IMG/VR virus record: IMGVR_UViG_3300043410_001381
Location: 1 to 59,967 of that record
Reading direction: 5' to 3' (one strand)
DNA: 59,967 nucleotides
DNA from: a virus
Taxonomy: Duplodnaviria; Caudoviricetes
Shown here: in pieces, positions 29,181-39,059 of the stretch
How the letters are laid out: each line of letters begins with the position of its first letter
How positions within the stretch are numbered: position 1 is the first letter of the stretch
Notes under the pieces: generated by a model
What the model was told of the DNA's origin: nothing
The model's database searches: none
What the model saw: the letters and a program-made list of their open reading frames with translations, nothing else
Program-made: the position numbers and the translations under genes

Positions 29181-29849
29181 ATGACGATACACTTTGCTGA
29201 TATCCCTGCTACTTTTAGAAATATACCCAGAACTGGGTCTACTAGCTTTAAGGAATGGGCTCGAAAGAACACTGCTACTCGTGAAATTTTGGTTGACCCT
29301 GATCACCCTAATATGCTTGCACATCGTAGCATGGATCAAATTGCGGAAATTTGGCCCGATTATGGGACAACTTTTGCATTTGTGCGAAACCCGTATGATC
29401 GTTTAGTGAGTATTTTCCACTTTACTGGGCAGGATGCAAAGCGTCGATTAAACAAGCGAAACTCTAATGCAGATTTTGCTGATATTGCTAGTATACCAAT
29501 TGAGTCAGATTTAAAGATATACTTTCAGTATACTCGCGGATTTGAGCATTGGATTAAAAACACTAGATTTGACGACAATGCCTTTGCTGCGTTGAAAATG
29601 TTAAACAACAAACACATTGAGACCCAAACTCGATGGTTGTCTGGAGTAATGCCTGATATCGTGGTTAGACTAGAACACATGGATACAGAATTTGTAAAGA
29701 TACAAGATTTGCTAAAGTGTTACGCACCACCTATACATACTAACACTAGCATACACGGTGATTATAGAGATTATTATAATGCTGAGACTCGTGCGATTGC
29801 TACACAGTGGTTAGAGGAAGATTTGGATAATTTTAAATATGTGTTCTAA
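29181..29849 (+). CDS. Sulfotransferase family protein
   Basis: IPRTGSTS (5'-PSB), FVRNPYDRLVS (3'-PB), YRDYY. Confidence 0.8.
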   Translation: MTIHFADIPATFRNIPRTGSTSFKEWARKNTATREILVDPDHPNMLAHRSMDQIAEIWPDYGTTFAFVRNPYDRLVSIFHFTGQDAKRRLNKRNSNADFADIASIPIESDLKIYFQYTRGFEHWIKNTRFDDNAFAALKMLNNKHIETQTRWLSGVMPDIVVRLEHMDTEFVKIQDLLKCYAPPIHTNTSIHGDYRDYYNAETRAIATQWLEEDLDNFKYVF

Positions 29850-30348
29850 ACCAGTACTGATGATCCACAATATTACTGAGGACATCTTTGATTTACCATT
29901 AGCTGATTACGTTTTAACTTTTGATGATGGTACACTTGACCATTTTGAGTATTATGAACGCTTTAAGGCAATCAACACCCAAAAGAAGTATTTTATAATT
30001 GCTGATTGTATAGGCAAACCAGGGTACATGGATATCCAACATCTGGAAGCGATGAATCTTGACCCACTAGTAACAATTGGTGGACACAGTTACGATCATA
30101 CTGATATGCGTCATATGAAATTAATACACACTGTGGCACATATTAAGCAGGATACTGAAAAGATGCTAGAATGGTTTAAGACCCACATGGGCTTTGAGCC
30201 ATCTGAGTTTTGCTTCCCATACAATTATAATCCACACGGAATGTATGGAAAGTTACTAGAGCACTATGGGATTATTCACCTTTACGGTCATGAGAGAATA
30301 CCAGTTGAAATGCTTCTGCAAAGTGACTACCAACCTGCTTTCCTCTAA
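29839..30348 (+). CDS. Polysaccharide deacetylase (NodB-like)
   Basis: LTFDDG, GGHSYDH, FCFPY. Confidence 0.85.
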   Translation: MCSKPVLMIHNITEDIFDLPLADYVLTFDDGTLDHFEYYERFKAINTQKKYFIIADCIGKPGYMDIQHLEAMNLDPLVTIGGHSYDHTDMRHMKLIHTVAHIKQDTEKMLEWFKTHMGFEPSEFCFPYNYNPHGMYGKLLEHYGIIHLYGHERIPVEMLLQSDYQPAFL

Positions 30349-30937
30349 ATTCTGCCATCACTTCCATGCTCTTCACGCTACGTGCATCAGGGAATTCATA
30401 AGTTTCAGTTTCGTATAGTTCAAGAGCTTTGCGTTTCATGTGCATGTATTTGGATACGTCTTTGAATACATTGGGTGTGAACACTGGGCTAACCATACCA
30501 AACGCCCATTCAGTGCTTGCTGGAATTTCACACATTAGTAACTGCTTAACAGTGCATTCAGGTTTTGGTCTACAAGCAACTACACATGCTTCAGCTACTG
30601 CGCGATGATCTTTATGCAAATCTGATATGTTGTGCGTATAAACAATATCAGGTTTAAACTCATTAACTACATCCATAACATCTTTGTTTGCTGATATTGG
30701 ATCTAGGAATACATCACTATGCTTGCCAATGATTGGTGTAGCGCCAAAAATGGCACATGCTTGTCTAAATGCATCTTGGCGTGGTACTGCAACATTGTCT
30801 GTTCCTGGTCTGTTGCCCTTGCATAGGACGAACACACTAACATTATCTCCCTGATCCACATGCTTGGCAATAGTACCTGCAGGACCAAAGGACTCGTCAT
30901 CCAAATGTGCGAACACGAATAAAACATTAGAACTCAT
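30272..30937 (-). CDS. PIG-L/LmbE family deacetylase
   Basis: AHLDDE, DLHKDH, FAEAF. Confidence 0.9.
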   Translation of the reverse strand: MSSNVLFVFAHLDDESFGPAGTIAKHVDQGDNVSVFVLCKGNRPGTDNVAVPRQDAFRQACAIFGATPIIGKHSDVFLDPISANKDVMDVVNEFKPDIVYTHNISDLHKDHRAVAEACVVACRPKPECTVKQLLMCEIPASTEWAFGMVSPVFTPNVFKDVSKYMHMKRKALELYETETYEFPDARSVKSMEVMAEFRGKQVGSHFAEAFQLVFSHDRKGE

Positions 30938-31637
30938 AGTGGAACTCATTTAAAAAATCTGTAGTGTCAGCAACTAACTGACGAGTTTGATCAGTGTAAT
31001 ACGACTGATAGCTATCACGAACTGACGTGATATTGAAAGGTGGACTATCAATGATTCTGCTTCGCATTTGATCATCCAAGTCGCCACACTCAGCAGTCAT
31101 ACTGAGCACCTCTTGTGTTAAATCCTCGTACTTACCAATTCGTGTAGCGTGTCTAGTATAAGTGCTAGCTATTTGCTCGTAATAGCTGTTGTCGTTAGTC
31201 ATCCACTCAGTGAGTATAATACCCTCTGGGTCTTGCAACATACGCTCTGATACGTTGTTTAATTTAGACTCGCTGGATAACTGCTCCATAAATTTTATTT
31301 TATAGATTGCGAACACTCGTTTTTTGTACTCTTCAGTTGGTTTGCACAACATAGTAACAAAGTTGTCAAATGACTGGTCAGCCAATGCTTGTAAGACTGG
31401 TGGTCTAAATGAGTTTGAGAAACTAAACTCTTCAGATCCGTATTTTAGGAAGTTATACATGCTCACATACCAAGACCATGGGTTGCGAACTAATGTATAT
31501 GTATGGGGGCGTACTATATTACCTTGTGGAACACCGTGTGACTCATAACTAACAGTAATTGGTTCCATCACACGACGAAACCACATGCCTGCGGTTTTTG
31601 GTATATGTAAGTACACGGCGTTCTTAGTTACTATCAT
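30927..31637 (-). CDS. Sulfotransferase family protein
   Basis: HIPKTAG, VRNPWSWYVS. Confidence 0.8.
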   Translation of the reverse strand: MIVTKNAVYLHIPKTAGMWFRRVMEPITVSYESHGVPQGNIVRPHTYTLVRNPWSWYVSMYNFLKYGSEEFSFSNSFRPPVLQALADQSFDNFVTMLCKPTEEYKKRVFAIYKIKFMEQLSSESKLNNVSERMLQDPEGIILTEWMTNDNSYYEQIASTYTRHATRIGKYEDLTQEVLSMTAECGDLDDQMRSRIIDSPPFNITSVRDSYQSYYTDQTRQLVADTTDFLNEFHYEF

Positions 31638-32554
31638 AGCATGTCTTTAATGATGTCGTCCAGCGTGTATTTAGGTTCGTAGTCAATTGCTTGACGAATT
31701 TTTGCCAAGTCTGGGACTCTGCGATTTATATCACCGTGTTGGTCACTAAACGCATTTTGGTATGGTACAACTTCAATAGTGCTAGAACTGCCAGATAGCT
31801 CAATCACACGCTCAGCCAATTCCATAATAGTGGTGGGCTCATCATTACCAATGTTGAAAGTCTCACCTGGAATTTTGCTTACTTTAATCAGTGCTTTGAT
31901 GGCATCGTTTACGTGGCAGAAGCTACGCACTTGACCACCATCACCGTATACTTTGAGTGGTGCGCCAGTCTTTGCTGCTTGTACGAACCGTGGCAGTACC
32001 ATACCATAGTCGCCCAGTTGACCTGGACCAACCACGTTGAAGAAACGAACAATAGTGGTGGGATGAGTATTAGCACGTAGCATGAACTCAGTCAGTAGTT
32101 TTGCTGTAGCATATCCCCATCGAAGTTTATCTGTTGCAATGTTAGATTGATCGCTTTCAGCAAATGGGCCTTCGCCGTAAATTTCACTTGTGCTGGCAAA
32201 TGTTACTGGGCGTCTTGCCTTTTGTAGCAATGGTACTAACTTGTGTGCTAGGGATATATTATTATACATCGTATCGCCTGGATTCTTATCGATGTATTCT
32301 ACACCCACACTACCAGCAAGGTGATAAACTTGATGGTGTTTCTGTACTATGCGTACGAACTCGTTCTCGTCAACTGTGGTTAAATCTGCTTCAATGAATT
32401 CAAACAGGTTTTTATATTCAGCAAAATCATCCAAGTTGATGTTGGACGTTTTTAAGTTATCAATAATTGTGACTCTGGCTTGCCTTGTTTTGAGCAGCTC
32501 ATGTGCTAGATGTTGGCCGATGAAGCCCGCGCCGCCCAGAATTAAATTGTTCAT
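31634..32554 (-). CDS. NDP-sugar epimerase/dehydratase/decarboxylase (extended SDR)
   Basis: GGAGFIG, STSEIYG, YATAK, RFFNVVGP, RSFCHV. Confidence 0.92.
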   Translation of the reverse strand: MNNLILGGAGFIGQHLAHELLKTRQARVTIIDNLKTSNINLDDFAEYKNLFEFIEADLTTVDENEFVRIVQKHHQVYHLAGSVGVEYIDKNPGDTMYNNISLAHKLVPLLQKARRPVTFASTSEIYGEGPFAESDQSNIATDKLRWGYATAKLLTEFMLRANTHPTTIVRFFNVVGPGQLGDYGMVLPRFVQAAKTGAPLKVYGDGGQVRSFCHVNDAIKALIKVSKIPGETFNIGNDEPTTIMELAERVIELSGSSSTIEVVPYQNAFSDQHGDINRRVPDLAKIRQAIDYEPKYTLDDIIKDML

Positions 32555-33122
32555 AAATTTCGCCTAATGTAATCTCTTCTATATCAACTGGTCGTAGTGT
32601 AGCTAAAGCGTCTACTACTTCAGTTATGTGTGCAACGTAGTGTAGCTTGTTGGGTTCTTCTGGATAGTATGCAACTTTATCAATACAGCGTTTGATGAAC
32701 GTGTCATCATGCACCCCGGGCCCATATACACTAGGTAGTCTGTAGTTTAGATATGGACGATTCGAATGTGCGAGATAAGTCTCCATACATCGTTTTGCAA
32801 CATTATAGCACCCCTGTATACTGTTGTCAATGGTTAATGCACCCATGCTACTAGCATTTACAAACATCGCATCTGGGTCAATCATCATTGCGCTGCGAGT
32901 AACATCCATAATGATGTCCATAATGCGGCATGGGTCAGTTTTGATTTCTTGAGTAGTGCTAGGGCAAGCCAAATGATAGATAATATCGCATTTTACTGGT
33001 TGCATGTTGCGTCCAATCTCGTACACAGTATGCCCATCCTGGCGTAGACGGTCAACCAAATGCCGCCCAATGAATCCTGTGGCGCCGGTGACTGCTATCT
33101 TAGAAGGTGTATTTGAACTCAT
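32499..33122 (-). CDS. Short NAD-dependent epimerase/reductase
   Basis: TGATGFIG, YNVAK, RLPSVYGP. Confidence 0.8.
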   Translation of the reverse strand: MSSNTPSKIAVTGATGFIGRHLVDRLRQDGHTVYEIGRNMQPVKCDIIYHLACPSTTQEIKTDPCRIMDIIMDVTRSAMMIDPDAMFVNASSMGALTIDNSIQGCYNVAKRCMETYLAHSNRPYLNYRLPSVYGPGVHDDTFIKRCIDKVAYYPEEPNKLHYVAHITEVVDALATLRPVDIEEITLGEIYEQFNSGRRGLHRPTSST

Positions 33123-33753
33123 CTAGATCTTCTTCAATCAATTTCTCAGCGATGCTACGAGTTTCGTCAGTATAATAGTCTCGATAGTCAGTGTGAATGG
33201 TTGAATTGCGGCAAGTAAATCGTTTATCACAGCCCACTAGCTCTTGTATCTTTACAAACTCGGTTGACAGTTCTTCTAGCTTGACCACTAGGTCAGGACG
33301 CACGTGGTTAAAACAAAACATTTGCGTTTGTTCTGGGTTATTAAACAGCGCCATGTTAGTCCTGTCTTTGGGACTCTTTATAATAACTGGTCTGTTGCGT
33401 ATCCAATTATCAAACCCTTTCTGATACAGGAAGAACAATTTTAAATCGTCTTCCTTTGTGCCATACGGTGATGGCAATTTATTCTCTAGCCTATGTTTGG
33501 CTTTTTGTCCAATAAAATGAAATACACTAACCAACCGACTGTACGGATTTCTAACAAATCCAAAAGTGGTACCAGGTGTCTGCCATTTACTGTGTATCTC
33601 AGATATACTTAGATTGCGTAAACCATTACTTACATCGTCTAGCACTACTTCAGCAGTGGGTATATTCTTGTAACACCAAAATTTAAAACTAGTGGAACCA
33701 GATCTAGGGCACATCCTAAATGTTGCTGGAACATCTTTAAAGTGTATAGTCAT
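33100..33753 (-). CDS. Sulfotransferase family protein
   Basis: CPRSGSTS, FVRNPYSRLVS; paralogue of 29181..29849. Confidence 0.8.
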   Translation of the reverse strand: MTIHFKDVPATFRMCPRSGSTSFKFWCYKNIPTAEVVLDDVSNGLRNLSISEIHSKWQTPGTTFGFVRNPYSRLVSVFHFIGQKAKHRLENKLPSPYGTKEDDLKLFFLYQKGFDNWIRNRPVIIKSPKDRTNMALFNNPEQTQMFCFNHVRPDLVVKLEELSTEFVKIQELVGCDKRFTCRNSTIHTDYRDYYTDETRSIAEKLIEEDLDEFKYTF

Positions 33754-34226
33754 TTGCTCCACACCTCATTATCCCAACCTAGGCGCACAAAGCGAACACC
33801 AGTGCTTTGTAGTCCCTCCTTAACAGTTCTTAAGAATGTTTTCCTATCAGGTGGGTCGTACAGTGGTATTTCTAAGCCCTGCATTAAGATATGATCATCA
33901 TGAACAAGATGCCCACGACCGCAAATACTATAACATCCATTGTGACCCGCATTAACGAATACAATACTACCATGATGCTCAGACCAACCTTTGATATTAA
34001 GTTTAATTTGCTCATATGCTTTGTATATGACGAAACCCGCCACCCCGTAGATTACTACACCTTTACCCTGGCTTGCGAGTCCTGCTGCAATGTTAACCAT
34101 GTTAGTTTCTTGAACGCCACAGTTAATTACATTACCACCAGTGGGAAAACCCCACATGTCTGCATGTAACAAATACACGTCTGGATGGTTTAATTTAGTC
34201 AAGAACTTGTGTAGCGTGGCTCTCAT
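33750..34226 (-). CDS. Split transketolase, pyrimidine-binding subunit
   Basis: NCGVQETNMVNIAAGLA, KAYEQIK. Confidence 0.85.
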   Translation of the reverse strand: MRATLHKFLTKLNHPDVYLLHADMWGFPTGGNVINCGVQETNMVNIAAGLASQGKGVVIYGVAGFVIYKAYEQIKLNIKGWSEHHGSIVFVNAGHNGCYSICGRGHLVHDDHILMQGLEIPLYDPPDRKTFLRTVKEGLQSTGVRFVRLGWDNEVWSK

Positions 34227-35536
34227 GCTTCTTGTCCGTTGGTTGCATGAATGTGACGTAGCCATTCGCTGTACTTAACATTGCCCTTGCAGATTTTTAA
34301 CATCTCCATAGCACTTAATCTGTATTCCTTTTCTTCTTGTCCCATACCAGCTAAGATTAGATTCCAGCTGCGTGGTGGGAAAATACTATTGCGGTTGTGT
34401 TTTTCAATATCCAACGTTTTATAGTGATCCCAATATTCGTTGCTGTGCTTGGCATACTTGTAGAACGATAACACGAAGTCACACACTGCGTCAAATTCTC
34501 GGTTATACTCATCGTTATACTGCTGCTCAGATATCTGATCATCTAACAACTTGTCTAGTAGCTCTATACCATATGAGCTCAAATATAAACCAGTTGCTTC
34601 AATTGGTTCAATAAAATAAGAGCTTAGACCAATAGAGTAGATTGTTTTGTTGTCTTGGTGACGAACGTGTTTAATGTTACGTCCAGTAACCATCTTAATA
34701 TTCTGTATCTTACTCTGGTCAATTTTGTAGCCTAATGCTTCTTCAACGAAGTCAATGTACTCTTGTTTAACATCGTACTTGTCATCATAGACGTAACCAA
34801 ATGTTATGACATCCTTTAGTGGGTTAGACCAAATCCAGCCATACTTTGCTGCTGTAATTTTTGTGTAGACGAGTTGCTGTTTGTCTTTGTCGCTATACTC
34901 TGCACGATATACATACGCACGATTGTTTGGGATAAGATGTTCAATACTGTGGAAGTTCTCGGGCTGGCCCTTGTTGATCAATGTCTTGGCAAACCCAGTG
35001 GCATCAATGATGTGATCGTCCGCAATCTCACTTGCATCAGTGATAGTTCTACGCTGAATGCTCAAGTTTGGGAAAGTTACAAAAATAGTATCTAGGTATT
35101 TGCACAATTCACGAACATCAAAATTTGTGGCAAACTTTGGATAATCGTCATTTTCTACACCGTGATTTTCTGGATAACTTTCAAGAATGTCTAACGGTAG
35201 TTGCTCATGCTTTAGAAACCATTCCATAGACATACACGCTACGTCATTGCCACCAAACGGGTGGAAAAATGAATCACAAGTTGGGGACCAATTCTCAAAT
35301 TTGGCACCAAGTTTTAAGTTGGCATTACAATGCAGAATCATATCCTCTACGGATATTCCTAGTCTTCCTAGGAAACGCTGTACTTGTGGAACAGTTGCTT
35401 CGCCAACACCAATTGGTTTATTAACTTCTGGGTAAATCCATGTGACATGCATATCAGGGTATGTACGGCAGAAATATAGCACACTGAAATACCCCGATGT
35501 GCCACCACCTACCACTGTTATATTCTTTGGTCTCAT
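34223..35536 (-). CDS. Flavin-dependent tryptophan halogenase-like protein
   Basis: GGGTSG, GVGEAT, NLKLG, GWIWSNP, FIEPIEATG. Confidence 0.85.
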   Translation of the reverse strand: MRPKNITVVGGGTSGYFSVLYFCRTYPDMHVTWIYPEVNKPIGVGEATVPQVQRFLGRLGISVEDMILHCNANLKLGAKFENWSPTCDSFFHPFGGNDVACMSMEWFLKHEQLPLDILESYPENHGVENDDYPKFATNFDVRELCKYLDTIFVTFPNLSIQRRTITDASEIADDHIIDATGFAKTLINKGQPENFHSIEHLIPNNRAYVYRAEYSDKDKQQLVYTKITAAKYGWIWSNPLKDVITFGYVYDDKYDVKQEYIDFVEEALGYKIDQSKIQNIKMVTGRNIKHVRHQDNKTIYSIGLSSYFIEPIEATGLYLSSYGIELLDKLLDDQISEQQYNDEYNREFDAVCDFVLSFYKYAKHSNEYWDHYKTLDIEKHNRNSIFPPRSWNLILAGMGQEEKEYRLSAMEMLKICKGNVKYSEWLRHIHATNGQEA

Positions 35537-36225
35537 TTTAGCTCTGCTTTCAATGATTGAAGCTCTTCCTCTGATTCAATTTTCTTGTAATGCCATTTCT
35601 TAATGTCATTTTCCATTGATTTTACACCATTGCCCTTGGAAGTGTGCAAAATGTACACTGTGGGCTTAGTACCAATCTCAAAGTCATCTATCGCATATTT
35701 AACGTCCCAGCCATAATTATGGAAGAAACTTATCACTGGATCGACACCCAAAATATCACCAGTTTTGCCAGTAACTTGTGCATTGTTGTAATCAACAGTG
35801 ACCATAATATTAGCAAGTTGATGATGTCCAATAAACTGTATGGCTTCTAAAGTTGCACCCATTTGCAACGTGGCATCAGTTAAATTAACCCATACTTTGC
35901 GGTCAGTAGTCATAGCCACGCCTGTTGCTACGCCCAAGCTGTCACCGATCGTTTCTTCTGAAAAATCAACAAATGGAATCTCATCGTGTTTAACTGCGAT
36001 TGACAGATTGTCAATATCGTCAAGGTATCCCAATGCTTGCCATATAATGTAGTAAGTTTGGGCACCAAATGGTTTGCCTATAATAATTTTATCGTCTGGT
36101 GTAACCTTTTTGTTCACAAACAGATCATGTACGTAGTCAAACATGGATAACGCTGATGGAATATGCCCCAGCTTCTTTTGATACGAATATTCTAATAATT
36201 TAGACTTTAGATCTTTGATATTCAT
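35533..36225 (-). CDS. Split transketolase, N-terminal TPP-binding subunit
   Basis: GHIPSALS, LGVATGVA, DATLQMG...DYNN, TSKGNG, WHY. Confidence 0.82.
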   Translation of the reverse strand: MNIKDLKSKLLEYSYQKKLGHIPSALSMFDYVHDLFVNKKVTPDDKIIIGKPFGAQTYYIIWQALGYLDDIDNLSIAVKHDEIPFVDFSEETIGDSLGVATGVAMTTDRKVWVNLTDATLQMGATLEAIQFIGHHQLANIMVTVDYNNAQVTGKTGDILGVDPVISFFHNYGWDVKYAIDDFEIGTKPTVYILHTSKGNGVKSMENDIKKWHYKKIESEEELQSLKAELK

Positions 36226-37033
36226 CTCTAACATTTTCCCAGTACCCTACTTGGTTAATTACGGGTACATTTAAAATACGTTCAAAAAACGTTTTGTATT
36301 GCGTGTACACTTTTGGATGAGTAGTCTCTAAGTGATACAATGTGCCAGCATATCCTAAGCTATCATAGTGATAGGCTAGCGAATCCTTAGTTAGTGGTTT
36401 GACGCAGTGATAGCCGCCCATAGTTTGTTCTATGAGTGTTAAATCAGATGCATGTAACCTCTCAGATACTATAATATCTGCCGTGTGCTTATGTAGTATG
36501 TTCTTGTCAGTGTAGTCCATATCAAAGATATGCAGATTGTGTTTGTTAACGATATCAAACCAATTGTATAACAGTGGCACTGACAAGTCGTGCATGTATT
36601 CCTTAAGGAAGTCTGTTACCCACGGTGGCATAGTATCTATAACAGCTATTGGTCCACTGGCATCAAAGCTAAACTCAAATGGTGCTAATGCTAGGACATC
36701 TATATCAACATACACTAGGTAATCGTAACGAGCTAGTAGTAAGTTACCAAAATAGTATTTGGTAAATGAGCGCAAGAACATATAAGAATCGTCATTGCCT
36801 ACATCGTTAAAGATGCAGTCTTGTACTACGTTGACATTGAACTTCTCAAAGTATCCACGTGCCAAAGGGCTTACACTGTTATTAGTGAATGAGCCACAAT
36901 AGATATCAATATCAGGCATGTGCTGCCTAATACTGTGTGCGAGTGCGATCGACATCTTCTCAAATGTAGAACTCTCGTCAGGGGATATACCGTCCCGTTT
37001 GTTCTCAACTGAGAATACTATTGCCGACTTCAA
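36200..37033 (-). CDS. GT-A fold glycosyltransferase-like protein
   Basis: LAHSIRQH, YDYLVYVDID (DxD), YHY. Confidence 0.6.
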   Translation of the reverse strand: MKSAIVFSVENKRDGISPDESSTFEKMSIALAHSIRQHMPDIDIYCGSFTNNSVSPLARGYFEKFNVNVVQDCIFNDVGNDDSYMFLRSFTKYYFGNLLLARYDYLVYVDIDVLALAPFEFSFDASGPIAVIDTMPPWVTDFLKEYMHDLSVPLLYNWFDIVNKHNLHIFDMDYTDKNILHKHTADIIVSERLHASDLTLIEQTMGGYHCVKPLTKDSLAYHYDSLGYAGTLYHLETTHPKVYTQYKTFFERILNVPVINQVGYWENVRDEYQRSKV

Positions 37034-37883
37034 TTTGTTGAATCTCTTTTAAGTGCTTGGGCAACTGATGCTCAAACTCCACGTCTTCTAAATCTCTACC
37101 ACTTATTTTAAAGTGGCGCACTCCTAAGTCGTAGAACTGTTGCAGAATAGTATGCCCAACATCGTCCTGCATACAGTTACCCTCGTGTGTAATAACTGCT
37201 TTTGTCTTAGGTTTAATTTCAACTTGGTATGCCTTCTCTGGAATCTCTTCCCATGGCGCACGTACTGTTTGGTTGATATAAGACATCTGTGACCAATGCT
37301 CTTGGTAGAACTGGCAAGTGACATTACAGTTATCGTTAATTAATATCTCGTACTTCGCTGGGTTTAATTTACCAGCCTTGAGCAACTCAGTAACTTGTGT
37401 CAAATGTGAGTACTTGGGTACAATGTAATCGTACTTAGCTTCTAGCTCTTTATAGTAGCCTTCAAAGTTTAATTGATCAGTAGTTGGGTGACCAGTGATG
37501 CTGTATGTTAGTTTTAAATCAGGATAGTTCTTTCTAATATATCGACGAAGCGTTTCGCTTTGTAATACTACACCATGCAACTTGTGTGGGTTATTATCAC
37601 CCGACACCATTTTTAACAAGTTGTTACCAACTTCGTCACCAACATCGATAACCACGTTATTTGTGAAACCCAAACAAAACCCGTATTTTAGTTTGTTGAA
37701 TGTTGTTATGATATTCTCTGTGAGTTCAATAGTGCGATTGATGCGTCCACCGTTCCAAGCACAGTTATTAGGCATATCATAATACGTTGGTTGCAAGCCG
37801 TTAATCAAACCTCTGTTCTTAACATTCCAGATTAGAATGAGTTCATATTTCTGTACGGCGCCACCAATTTTAACATTAATCAT
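37005..37883 (-). CDS. U32-family-like Fe-S protein
   Basis: WNGGRINR, NDNCNVTC, GNC, FKISGR. Confidence 0.65.
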   Translation of the reverse strand: MINVKIGGAVQKYELILIWNVKNRGLINGLQPTYYDMPNNCAWNGGRINRTIELTENIITTFNKLKYGFCLGFTNNVVIDVGDEVGNNLLKMVSGDNNPHKLHGVVLQSETLRRYIRKNYPDLKLTYSITGHPTTDQLNFEGYYKELEAKYDYIVPKYSHLTQVTELLKAGKLNPAKYEILINDNCNVTCQFYQEHWSQMSYINQTVRAPWEEIPEKAYQVEIKPKTKAVITHEGNCMQDDVGHTILQQFYDLGVRHFKISGRDLEDVEFEHQLPKHLKEIQQIEVGNSILS

Positions 37884-38463
37884 TTTTAGTCATCCTAATT
37901 AATTCGGACAATTTTAGTGTAACCAGTGGATATTCAAGTATGCCAGTAGTTTGATTCTTGATAGCATCAATAGTGTGCTTCTTGAAAGTGTCAACGTCTA
38001 AGTACTCATCCGTTAGTGGAATGTTAGTATAGTCGCCACGTAATATCCTAGGTTGTATACGATCATCTCGCATTTGATTAACATCAAAATGACTGCTTGA
38101 TATAACAGTCCCTATACGCAAGATTAGATATTTATCGCAGTGATTGACGATGTAATTCTCAAGATACAGCTTTGCTAAATTGTATGCTGTTGAACCAGTG
38201 TGATCCATCTTAATGTCATCAACACCAGTGCTGCTGGCAAAGATTATGTACTTGTCGCACCTATCAATTTCCTTGATAGTCTGTCGCACGTATTGGTGTA
38301 TTACTTGTGCATCGTGTACATCAAGTTCATGATGCGTAAAAGTGGGACTACCCATTAACAACAAAGCATCACAATTAGTGACGCTTTCTTGCCAATTTAG
38401 TTCTGTGGATTCACGTAACTTATGTGCTAGGAACCCACCCCATCCTGTTAACCCTATATTCAT
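37876..38463 (-). CDS. Short NAD-dependent epimerase-like protein
   Basis: TGWGGFL, FASS, YNLAK. Confidence 0.7.
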   Translation of the reverse strand: MNIGLTGWGGFLAHKLRESTELNWQESVTNCDALLLMGSPTFTHHELDVHDAQVIHQYVRQTIKEIDRCDKYIIFASSTGVDDIKMDHTGSTAYNLAKLYLENYIVNHCDKYLILRIGTVISSSHFDVNQMRDDRIQPRILRGDYTNIPLTDEYLDVDTFKKHTIDAIKNQTTGILEYPLVTLKLSELIRMTKND

Positions 38464-39059
38464 TTTAGCATGAACTTCTTGATATTCGCCAGTCCCTTGA
38501 GTTCATAGTTACCAGCGATACTGATACGATTTCTGTCAGTTGTGTTAGGATAGATACCATGTTGCACCCAACTTGGGAAACATACTAAATCACCAGTGCG
38601 GCCATCAAACTCAAAATAGCGATGATGTGGATCGTATCTACGTGATGTGTTTAATGGCTGAGTTTGTAGCAATAGCTCATTGGGGTCTGCAAAGAACAAG
38701 TTTCCTTCTTCTGCGCTATTCTTGTCAACATAAAACACAACTGTGACTGTTGCAGGACTATCGCTTTCCAAGTTATGTGGATACTCTGCTGCTCGTCCAT
38801 ACATATTTGCCCACATTTGACTCATTTCAATTGGGTATGTTGGATCGTAATCAAGAGCCAGCCAGTATTCAGCAACTGTGCGATTCATGTACTCCAACAA
38901 TGGTGCGAATATCTTCTCTTTGTGCAGTGTTCTAACAATGACGCCATCACGTTTTTGCTGTTCAAAATAGTCAGCAAGTCTTGTCATTACCTCGTCTCTG
39001 TTCCAGTCTACATCAATAGTTGTAGTGGAAATTTTAAGTGGAAAAATATCACGTATCAT
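38460..39059 (-). CDS. 2OG-Fe(II) oxygenase-like protein
   Basis: WAN...H, FPSWVQH, RISIAGN. Confidence 0.75.
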   Translation of the reverse strand: MIRDIFPLKISTTTIDVDWNRDEVMTRLADYFEQQKRDGVIVRTLHKEKIFAPLLEYMNRTVAEYWLALDYDPTYPIEMSQMWANMYGRAAEYPHNLESDSPATVTVVFYVDKNSAEEGNLFFADPNELLLQTQPLNTSRRYDPHHRYFEFDGRTGDLVCFPSWVQHGIYPNTTDRNRISIAGNYELKGLANIKKFMLK

